DNA of 64,000 nt from an uncultured Gemmatimonadales bacterium (GTDB lineage: Bacteria; Gemmatimonadota; Gemmatimonadetes; Gemmatimonadales; Gemmatimonadaceae), in contig CAWKMU010000003.1 in the NCBI GenBank assembly GCA_963850905.1, positions 3,008,001 through 3,072,000 on the forward strand, given 5' to 3'. Below the pieces are notes generated by a model. It made no database searches and was not told the DNA's origin. It worked only from the letters and a program-made list of their open reading frames with translations. The translations under genes and the position numbers were made by a program. Shown piece after piece: positions 41,754 to 49,607 of this stretch. Each line of letters opens with the position of its first letter. Within the stretch, counting starts at the first letter, position 1.

Positions 41754-44110
41754 TCGAGGCGTGTCGACCGTCGGCGGCCATGCTCGGCACGGTGGCCGTC
41801 CTCTGCTGCTCGATCGGCGGGTCGTATGGCCTCCAGGCGCAGGAACTCGCCGATAGCGGCCGCGTGGCCTTCTCCGCTCGCTGCGCTGGGTGTCATGGTG
41901 GCGACGGTGCAGGAGGCGAGCACGGTCCGGATCTGGTCGACGTACCAGAGCAGGGCGGCAGCGGGATCGCGACGCTGTCAGTCGACCGGTTGCGCGACAT
42001 CGTCACCCATGGGGTCCCGGGTGGCGGCATGCCGGCCTTCACGATGCCGAGCGAAGAGCTCGACGCGATTGCGGCGTATGTGATGGCCCTCCGCGCCCCC
42101 GCATCGGACCACCCGACGGCGGGCGACTCCGCCGCGGGCGAACGATACTTTTTTGGTGACGGCCAGTGCGCCACGTGCCACACCGTCGCCGGCCGCGGCG
42201 GTGCACTCGGTCCGGACCTGTCCAATCTCGCTCGCTCGCAGAAGCTCTCGCGGATCGAAGCGACGCTGCGCAATCCGAATGGACAGGTCACTCCAGGCTT
42301 TCGGGTCGTGACGGTGCGGCTGCGCGATGGGCGCACGATCCGTGGCCTCGCGAAGAACGAGAGCAACTACGACTTGCAGCTCGAGGACCTGTCGGGCCAT
42401 CTCCATCTCCTCCTCCAGAGCGACATCGCGCAGGAGACGCAGGAGCCGGGCTCGATCATGCCCGCGATGCACGCGACGCCATCCCAGGCGCGGGACGTGG
42501 TCGCGTATCTCACCCGTCTGACCACGACTGCGCAGCCGCTCGCGCCAGGACCAACGCAGGCATCGGGACGGAGCGATGTCTTGCCGTTCGACGCCGTGAT
42601 CACGCCGCGGTCGGGCGACTGGCCGACCTACCACGGTATGCTCACCGGGAATCGGTATAGCTCGCTCCGCGAGATCGACACGATCAACGTTCGACGCGTC
42701 GCACCGCGCTGGATGTTTCCTATACCCGACGCGACGCGCCTCGAAGTCACGCCGGTCGTTGCGGGTGGCGTCATGTACGTCACGGCCGCGAACGAGGCGT
42801 TTGCGCTCGACGCGCGCACGGGCCGCCAGATCTGGCACTACGCCCGACCGCTCACCAAAGGCGTGATCGGAGACGCGGGAGGCGCCATCAACCGCGGCGT
42901 GGCGTTGCTCAATGATCGACTCTTTATGGTCACCGACCATGCGCACCTCATCGCGCTGTCGCGCACCGACGGGCGAGTGCTGTGGGATGTGCAGATGGCC
43001 GATTTCCATCAGCATTACGGGGCCACATCGGCGCCGCTGGTCGTGCACGACCTGGTGCTGTCCGGCACATCGGGCGGCGATGAAGGCGACCGCGGGTTCA
43101 TCGATGCGTATCGCGCGGCGACTGGTGAACACGTGTGGCGGTTCTGGACCATGCCCGCACCGGGAGATTCTCTTGCCCGCACCTGGCAGGGTCGCGCGAT
43201 CGAGCACGGATGCGTGGCCGCGTGGCTCACCGGGACGTTTGACGCTTCGACGAATGTGCTCTATTGGACAACCGGCAATCCCTGCCCGGACTACAACGGC
43301 GATGAGCGCCGCGGAGACAACCTCTATTCCAGCTCGGTCCTCGCGCTCGAGCCTGCAACCGGCAGGCTTCGGTGGTTCTTTCAGTTCACGCCCCACGACC
43401 TGCATGACTGGGACGCGTCGCAGACACCGCTGTTGCTCGACGCGACGTTTCACGGCCGTCCGCGCAAACTGCTCGCGCAGGCCAACCGCAACGGGTTCTT
43501 CTACGTGCTCGATCGCACGACGGGAGAGTTGCTTCTTGCCACACCGTTCGTGCACAAGCTCACGTGGTCGGATGGCATAGGCGAAGATGGGAAACCCCAC
43601 GTGTTGCCGGGCTCCGAACCGACCGTGCAGGGAGTCAAGGTGTGTCCGTCCGTCGAAGGTGCGTCTAATTGGATGGCGACGGCCTACAATCCATCGACTG
43701 GGCTATTCTACGTCATGGCCCTCGAGGCGTGCAGCATTGACAGCAAGTCCAGCACGTGGTGGCAACAGGGCGAGTCGTTTTACGGCGGCGCGAGCAGCCG
43801 CGTGCCAGGCGAGCATCGCGAGAAGTTTCTGCGTGCGCTCGACCTGCAAACGGGCAAGACCGTGTGGGAGGTGCCACAAGTCGGAGAAGGGAATAGCTGG
43901 GGCGGCGTGCTCTCCACCGCCGGCGGTCTCGTGTTCTATGGGGACGACACGGGCGCGCTCGCCGCGGTCAACGCAAGAACTGGCGTCCCTCTCTGGCACT
44001 TCCAGACCAGCGAATCCTTCCGGGCGTCGCCGATGACGTACGCGGTGGACGGCAAGCAGTACGTCGCGGTGGCCGCCGGCTCGAATATTGTGTCGTTCGC
44101 ATTGCCATAG
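41750..44110 (+). CDS. PQQ-dependent dehydrogenase with two N-terminal c-type cytochrome domains
   Basis: CAGCH and CATCH heme motifs; WPTYHG, YWTTGNP, GDNLYS, PHDLHDWDA, NRNGFFYVLDR and SPMTYAVDGKQYVAV; ATGA overlap with the upstream gene. Confidence 0.9.
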   Translation: MIEACRPSAAMLGTVAVLCCSIGGSYGLQAQELADSGRVAFSARCAGCHGGDGAGGEHGPDLVDVPEQGGSGIATLSVDRLRDIVTHGVPGGGMPAFTMPSEELDAIAAYVMALRAPASDHPTAGDSAAGERYFFGDGQCATCHTVAGRGGALGPDLSNLARSQKLSRIEATLRNPNGQVTPGFRVVTVRLRDGRTIRGLAKNESNYDLQLEDLSGHLHLLLQSDIAQETQEPGSIMPAMHATPSQARDVVAYLTRLTTTAQPLAPGPTQASGRSDVLPFDAVITPRSGDWPTYHGMLTGNRYSSLREIDTINVRRVAPRWMFPIPDATRLEVTPVVAGGVMYVTAANEAFALDARTGRQIWHYARPLTKGVIGDAGGAINRGVALLNDRLFMVTDHAHLIALSRTDGRVLWDVQMADFHQHYGATSAPLVVHDLVLSGTSGGDEGDRGFIDAYRAATGEHVWRFWTMPAPGDSLARTWQGRAIEHGCVAAWLTGTFDASTNVLYWTTGNPCPDYNGDERRGDNLYSSSVLALEPATGRLRWFFQFTPHDLHDWDASQTPLLLDATFHGRPRKLLAQANRNGFFYVLDRTTGELLLATPFVHKLTWSDGIGEDGKPHVLPGSEPTVQGVKVCPSVEGASNWMATAYNPSTGLFYVMALEACSIDSKSSTWWQQGESFYGGASSRVPGEHREKFLRALDLQTGKTVWEVPQVGEGNSWGGVLSTAGGLVFYGDDTGALAAVNARTGVPLWHFQTSESFRASPMTYAVDGKQYVAVAAGSNIVSFALP

Positions 44111-44167
44111 GCCGAACGAACACCTTGTTCGTTTGTCCCGACTCCACCCCTTCAAACCACCTCTGCC

Positions 44168-44443
44168 ATGCCATGTTTTCTAGCGATTCTCGCGCTGGCG
44201 ACCCCGCGCCTCGTGGTCGCGCTGGTCTGGTTCTTCTCAACGTGGTTCCAGGGGATCTTTCCCACTCCGCTCTGGCCAGTGCTCGGCTTTGTGTTCTTGC
44301 CGACCACGTTGCTCTGGTACACGGCTGTTCAACACTGGTACGCCGGGCACTGGACGGTGGGGCCTATTATCGGCCTCGTGATCGCCCTCATGATCGACGT
44401 ATCGCCGGCCAGCAAGGCAGGAGGACGGCAGCGGGCTGGCTAG
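44168..44443 (+). CDS. Small hypothetical membrane protein
   Basis: Three hydrophobic segments; PRL and LGFVFLPTTLLWY motifs. Confidence 0.7.
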   Translation: MPCFLAILALATPRLVVALVWFFSTWFQGIFPTPLWPVLGFVFLPTTLLWYTAVQHWYAGHWTVGPIIGLVIALMIDVSPASKAGGRQRAG

Positions 44444-44521
44444 AGGGTCTGGGGTCCGTACCGCGGAAGGGCCCAACCGCTCGCAACGACTCGAGATGGG
44501 GCGGGCGGGGCGACGCCTGCG

Positions 44522-45946
44522 TTGCCCGACGCGTCGTATCCCTGCGAATGGCCCGCTCGTCTTCTCAGCGTCGTGCCACAACCCTCTTCCGCCGCCTGGC
44601 GTTCGCCAAGCAGGCAAGTCCGACTACGGGGTCGCCGCGGGGCGGTCGAGATCCCTGCGAGCACCGCCGCCGTCGTCGGCCTGCTCGTCGGCGTGTCGCT
44701 CGTCGTCGGAGCGGTAGGCGGCTATCGGATCGCCACGTTCGTCACGCAGCAACGGGGCTCGGTCGCGGTCGCCGCCGCGCCGTCGGATAGCACGACGGTC
44801 CCGGACTCGACCAAGCAGTTGGCCCAGAGCTGCATGGGCAAGCCCGCCTCGATCAAGATGACGTGCTACCGGGCGGTCCTCGATCAGCGAATCGCCAATG
44901 GCGGCGTTGCCGGTGCGCTGAACATGTTGCGCGACCTCTCGCAATCCGATCCCGATGTCGATCGCGAAATGCACATGTACGCGCACGGCATTGGCATCGA
45001 TGCATTTCGGCGCACGCCCGACATCGACAAGACATTCTCGCATTGCACGCCGGAGTTCGCGTCGGGATGCTACCACGGTGTGCTACAGGCCTACTTCGAC
45101 ATGCGTGGAACCGCCGACCCTCAGGTGGTCGAGGGCGCGTGCGCACCATACGAGAACGCCGCGGAGAAGCGCTGGCTCCTCTTTCAATGTTTGCACGGCA
45201 TGGGTCACGGCCTCAACATGGCGCTCGACCATGACCTGCCCAAGGCCCTCGTCGCGTGCGATCTCCTGGGCGACCGGTGGCACCGGGAATCGTGCTATGG
45301 CGGCGCGTTCATGGAGAACATCACGCACGCCACGGAGCCGGACCACCCGGCAACCTTGTTGGCCGCGCACGACCACTCGAAGACCAACGGCATGGCGTCG
45401 ATGATAGGCATGCACATGGGGAACGGCGGGTCGGGCCGAGAGACGTTCAAGGCAATCGACTCGACGGACAAGCAGTACCCATGCTCGATCGTGGGCGATC
45501 GCTACGCGCGCGAATGCTACCGTATTCAGACCGCGCTCATGCTGTATCTGGACCACTCGAGCATCCCGAAGGCCGCGCACGACTGCGACAACGCGGCATC
45601 AAGTTATCGCTCGTGGTGCTACGAGAGCCTCGGCCGTGACATCAGCGCCTTCGCGAACTATCAGACGGGCGTCGCCGTTCGCCTCTGCACCGTGGGAACG
45701 CCATCGCTGCGGCAATACTGCTATTCAGGCGCGGCCGAGAGCTTCGTCGACAATCACGCCAAGGCCGACGCGGGGTTTGCGATCTGCGCGGCAGTTCCGC
45801 TGGCCAGCGACAAGCCGATTTGTTATCAGCGGGTCGGCGAGCTCGTGATGTCGCTGGCTTCCACGACGGCCGAACGCGAAGCGATATGCACCCTCCCGAC
45901 GCCTGCTGCCACCAAGGCCTGTCGCAAGGGTGCGCAACTCTCCTAG
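44522..45946 (+). CDS. Cys/His-rich exported hypothetical protein (start uncertain)
   Basis: One TM anchor, then HMYAHGIG, GCYHG, CLHGMGHG, CYGGAFMEN and many spaced Cys. Confidence 0.75.
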   Translation: MPDASYPCEWPARLLSVVPQPSSAAWRSPSRQVRLRGRRGAVEIPASTAAVVGLLVGVSLVVGAVGGYRIATFVTQQRGSVAVAAAPSDSTTVPDSTKQLAQSCMGKPASIKMTCYRAVLDQRIANGGVAGALNMLRDLSQSDPDVDREMHMYAHGIGIDAFRRTPDIDKTFSHCTPEFASGCYHGVLQAYFDMRGTADPQVVEGACAPYENAAEKRWLLFQCLHGMGHGLNMALDHDLPKALVACDLLGDRWHRESCYGGAFMENITHATEPDHPATLLAAHDHSKTNGMASMIGMHMGNGGSGRETFKAIDSTDKQYPCSIVGDRYARECYRIQTALMLYLDHSSIPKAAHDCDNAASSYRSWCYESLGRDISAFANYQTGVAVRLCTVGTPSLRQYCYSGAAESFVDNHAKADAGFAICAAVPLASDKPICYQRVGELVMSLASTTAEREAICTLPTPAATKACRKGAQLS

Positions 45947-45952
45947 CCGCGG

Positions 45953-46201
45953 CTACTGTTGCTGTCCCTGCTGCTCGACGCAGTTGGACCCTTCCGAGAT
46001 GAAGAGCACCTTGCCGGCACCCCACGTATAGGTGGTGGTGTCGCCGCTCGCCGAGACGGATAGGGGCGGGCCGTATAACAGCGCCGCTTCCTGCTCGTCG
46101 GACGCACACGCCCCCGACGGCGCCGTCGCCGAAGTGCCGCAGGCGGCCAGCAAACAGGTGGCGGCGATAACGAGCCCAGGTAGAAGGCGTGCCGTGTTCA
46201 T
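45953..46201 (-). CDS. Small hypothetical lipoprotein
   Basis: GGAGA RBS; lipobox LAAC; two further Cys. Confidence 0.6.
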   Translation of the reverse strand: MNTARLLPGLVIAATCLLAACGTSATAPSGACASDEQEAALLYGPPLSVSASGDTTTYTWGAGKVLFISEGSNCVEQQGQQQ

Positions 46202-46432
46202 AAGAAGTTCTCCGCAACGGGGCAATCGGGTCCTACCGTGCATTATAGCCGCCAACCGCCTGGCGTTGGTTGTCCATTGGTCGCACCCCCGGTCCGCGAG
46301 CGAGTGCTGGGGTCCGGTCGTTCTGCCGCACCTCGCGAGAAACCGCCGCATCGCGCCGTACAGGGATTGAACGGTGCGGTGCATCACAACTGTAACGCTT
46401 TGTATGACAATATGTTACGCCAGCAAGAGCGC

Positions 46433-46448
46433 CGGCAACGGACTTGCT
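46433..46448 (+). promoter_or_regulatory. Sigma54 (-24/-12) promoter of the pilin gene
   Basis: CGGCAACGGACTTGCT has GG-N10-GC spacing and TTGC, about 115 nt upstream of the pilin. An AT-rich tgtaac...gttac segment lies just upstream. Confidence 0.7.
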
Positions 46449-46561
46449 TTCTGCTAGTCGCGGATTGGGCACGGCGCGAAACGAAGGGTTCGCGAGTGAC
46501 GCCAGCGATGGCAACGATCGGCCGAAGCCCGAAGTCCATACACCACCTCTAGGAGTAAGCA

Positions 46562-46951
46562 ATGACGCAGAACCGGAAGGGCTTCACGCTGATCGAGTTG
46601 TTGATCGTGGTCGTCATCATCGGCATTTTGGCCGCGATCGCGATTCCGAAGTTCGCCAACACGAAGCAACAGGCCTACCTGGCGACCCTCAAGTCGGACC
46701 TGCGCAACTTGGTCACGGCCGAGGAGGCGTACTTCGCAGACAACACCACCTACACGACGTCGTTGTCGACCACGCAGTTCGACGCGTCGCAGGGTGTGAC
46801 GTACAACGTGTCGAACGCGAGCGGGACGGGCTGGGAAGCGACCGCGACGCACGTCGGGTTGGTCGGTGCCACGCCGTCGGGGTGCCACATTGCAATCGGC
46901 ACGTACGCGACGACTGCAAGCGAGGACGAAGGCGCGCCGTACTGCCCGTAA
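46562..46951 (+). CDS. pilA: Type IV major pilin-like protein
   Basis: Prepilin cleavage motif KG|FTLIELLIVVVIIGILAAIAIP, C-terminal Cys pair, AGGAG RBS. Confidence 0.9.
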   Translation: MTQNRKGFTLIELLIVVVIIGILAAIAIPKFANTKQQAYLATLKSDLRNLVTAEEAYFADNTTYTTSLSTTQFDASQGVTYNVSNASGTGWEATATHVGLVGATPSGCHIAIGTYATTASEDEGAPYCP

Positions 46952-47031
46952 CAGGCAGCAGCAGGAGCGCAATGGTTCGAGGGCCAGCTGCGGGCGACCG
47001 CGGCTGGCCCTCGGTGCGTCAAGGACTTAAC

Positions 47032-47157
47032 GGCGGGGCCAGGGGTCAGCGGTCAGGGGTCAGGGGAACAAACCACCGGGGCCAGTCGTAGCGTATCCTG
47101 ATGGAACCCAGTGTTTGGGTTGCCTGACCCCTGACACCTGAACCCTGACCCCTCGCC
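47032..47157. repeat. Heptamer-arm (GGGGTCA) inverted repeat
   Basis: aggggtcagcggtcaggggtcaggggaacaaa...cctgacccctgacacctgaaccctgacccct. Confidence 0.7.
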
Positions 47158-47172
47158 GTTACCTTCTCCTCT

Positions 47173-48411
47173 ATGCAGGTCCCCGTATCCATGCCCGCCG
47201 TCCGGCGGGCGATCCTGGTTGGCACCGCTTGCCTCGCCGCCCTGAGCATTGCCTCGAAGTCTGCGGGCGCCCAACTCCCGGCTCAAATGCCGATGCACGG
47301 GGGCCGGGGCGGCGGGCAGAACCACGTTAAACCACCTCCGCCCATCGATTCGTCTGCGGTGCCCAAACCTGAGCAGAAAATGGGCTGCGCCGTCTTTGAC
47401 GTCCGACTCAACGCTGGCACGTTCGTGACCGTCGCCCGGGCGGCCGGGGCGCCGCGCTGCGGCCCCATCGACCCCATCCTCGTTGGGCAGCCAGTGTTCG
47501 ACTCAGTCAACCGCGTCGTCACGATGCCCATAGCACTCGTCAACCGGGGCATCGACCGACTCCATGCACCGATCGCGCTCGTCGCGGGTCGCGCAGCTCT
47601 CGTCGTGACGTCGGGCGCGCCGGTGGTGCGCGTCGACAGTCCGGCTGCGGTCCCCGTGAAACCGCCCTCGCCCACACCGCCCCCTTTAGTGCCATCGCCA
47701 GCCCCAACCCCCAACGCCGCACCTGGGACGGTGGTGCTCGTGGGTGGCGCCAATCCCTTCGGCGCGGCACCCGCTTCGACCGCTCCCTCCAACGGACCGG
47801 GCCTTCCGGCCCGCCCAGTGGACGCCCTGCACTTCGTCGGAGCGGAGACGCTGCCCCTCATCGACAGCACGGGGGCCGAGTCCCCAGCCGTGCGGTGGAG
47901 CTTCGAGAAGCTGCTAGCGAGACCGGGCCACGATCCCGTGACCGCCGATGACGGCACGATAGAGTTGCGCGCGGGCGACACCACCGCTGCGCGCACCGTC
48001 ACGGTCTCGGTGCCGAAAGGCGTGACCGGTTTTAACGTGGGTCTCGAGGGCACGGGGACCTACGTGTTCACAGTGCCATTCCGCGCCTCTGAGACGATCC
48101 CGCGCGACGAGCAGGAGGATTCACGCGCGCCGGACAATATCCTGACCGACGTGCCGGGGTTGCCCGGCCGCGTCGTACGCAACAAGCTCTGGGTCATGTT
48201 CAGGCCCGACGCATCGCCGGAGCAGCGACAAGCCGCGGTCGACTCTGTCGATGCCGTCGTGGTTGGCGGCATGCTCCGCGGAACGGACCGCTATTACTAT
48301 CTCCGCATTACGGCCAATCCCGACAGCGGCGCCGCGCCGCTCGAGCGCGCGCTGCGGACACTCGCCCCGATGGCGCAGGTGCAGGACGTGATGCCGGATC
48401 GACTGCCGTAG
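47173..48411 (+). CDS. Hypothetical exported Pro-rich protein
   Basis: Signal peptide, Pro-rich linker and a C-terminal domain (VMFRPDASPEQRQAAVDSVDAVVVG) resembling a protease-propeptide-like fold. Confidence 0.65.
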   Translation: MQVPVSMPAVRRAILVGTACLAALSIASKSAGAQLPAQMPMHGGRGGGQNHVKPPPPIDSSAVPKPEQKMGCAVFDVRLNAGTFVTVARAAGAPRCGPIDPILVGQPVFDSVNRVVTMPIALVNRGIDRLHAPIALVAGRAALVVTSGAPVVRVDSPAAVPVKPPSPTPPPLVPSPAPTPNAAPGTVVLVGGANPFGAAPASTAPSNGPGLPARPVDALHFVGAETLPLIDSTGAESPAVRWSFEKLLARPGHDPVTADDGTIELRAGDTTAARTVTVSVPKGVTGFNVGLEGTGTYVFTVPFRASETIPRDEQEDSRAPDNILTDVPGLPGRVVRNKLWVMFRPDASPEQRQAAVDSVDAVVVGGMLRGTDRYYYLRITANPDSGAAPLERALRTLAPMAQVQDVMPDRLP

Positions 48412-48417
48412 CAACAA

Positions 48418-48525
48418 CAGCGGGGTCAGGGGTCAGGGGCCAGGAAAAACTCGACGGGCAGTGGCACATCAGCGCCGCCGCCCACATAGTTTCTTCCCCT
48501 GACCCCTGATCCCTGACCCCGCTGT
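48418..48525. repeat. Heptamer-arm (GGGGTCA) inverted repeat
   Basis: cagcggggtcaggggtcagggg...cccctgacccctgatccctgaccccgctg. Confidence 0.7.
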
Positions 48526-48564
48526 TCAGGCTTGTCTCCTTCTCGCCCCTTACTCCATTCCCCC

Positions 48565-48969
48565 ATGCCCGAAACCACTGCTGCCACCCCCACCCCCAGC
48601 TTCCACCGCTGGGAGTCCATGCCCCGCGAGACGCTGTCGCCGCTGCTCGCACGGCGACTCATTACCGGTGAGCGGATGATGATGGCGCACGTGTACCTGA
48701 AGCGCGGCTGCGTCGTCCCCCTGCACTCGCATATGAACGAGCAGATGACGTACATCCTCGAGGGGGCGCTCCGCCTCTGGCTCGGCACGGAAGGGACGCC
48801 GGACCATCATGTCTATGACGTGCACGCGGGTGAGGTCCTGGTCATTCCGCCGCACGTGCCGCACCGAGCGGAGGCGCTCGAAGACACCCTCGATCTCGAC
48901 ATTTTCTGCCCACCGCGTCAGGACTGGCTCGATGGGACCGACCACTATCTCCGCGCGCCGGCGCGGTGA
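48565..48969 (+). CDS. Cupin domain protein
   Basis: VPLHSHMNEQMTYILEG and IPPHVPH cupin motifs; DIFCPPRQDW. Confidence 0.9.
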   Translation: MPETTAATPTPSFHRWESMPRETLSPLLARRLITGERMMMAHVYLKRGCVVPLHSHMNEQMTYILEGALRLWLGTEGTPDHHVYDVHAGEVLVIPPHVPHRAEALEDTLDLDIFCPPRQDWLDGTDHYLRAPAR

Positions 48970-49269
48970 ACCCGCTGATGTTGTGGCACGCTCAGATCCT
49001 CGACGGCAGGGCCAGTGTGCCGCAGCGGTGGCAGATGTCAACACCGTTGGCCAAACTGTCGGTGGATCGCTGCCTTGAATTCGTGAACTGGTTGAGGGGT
49101 TGAGAGTTAAGCCATGGAAGGGCAGGGAAGAGTTGGGGGCCACGGGACTGTCTCCGTGGCCCCCGTTCTATTGTGTCTGTGTCGACAACTCTCGCAATCC
49201 ACTCGTGGAGAGACCGACCATCCCCTTTCCCTAACCTATCGCTAACGCCAAGTCCCTCGGTCGCCGCCT

Positions 49270-49307
49270 CTGCCATTATTGACACGCAATGGCAGGAGAG
49301 TTATCTA
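49270..49307 (+). promoter_or_regulatory. Candidate promoter/operator upstream of susC: CTGCCATT-N10-AATGGCAG enclosing TTGACA
   Basis: Perfect 8-bp inverted repeat around a consensus -35 hexamer; the -10 is weak. Confidence 0.35.
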
Positions 49308-49607
49308 AGGCGCGCGCGAATAAAAAGGTCATAATGAAATTCACCCCCGAGATCCGGGGCCCCTGAGGACTAGTCGTCGGGGGCCGACGTGCTTGGTGAG
49401 GGACGGATTTGCACGGTTGGTCAACCATTCGAAGAGGAGACCCTATCGCGGAGAGTGATGTTCGCGCAGTGCAGGAAATCGGTCTACCACGCGAGTAGTC
49501 GACACGCACTCGGCGGTGCGCGCCGGCAGTAACTCGCGAATCCGTCCGTGCCAGAGCTGGCGCGGGCGGCAAGTAGCTCAATCACGGATCCCACTAGAGG
49601 GGGATAC

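Noticed and set aside
28450..46985. GGTTCGA T-loop-like strings (28453, 32308, 46974) as tRNAs
   Set aside because: No cloverleaf, acceptor stem or anticodon arm can be built around them.
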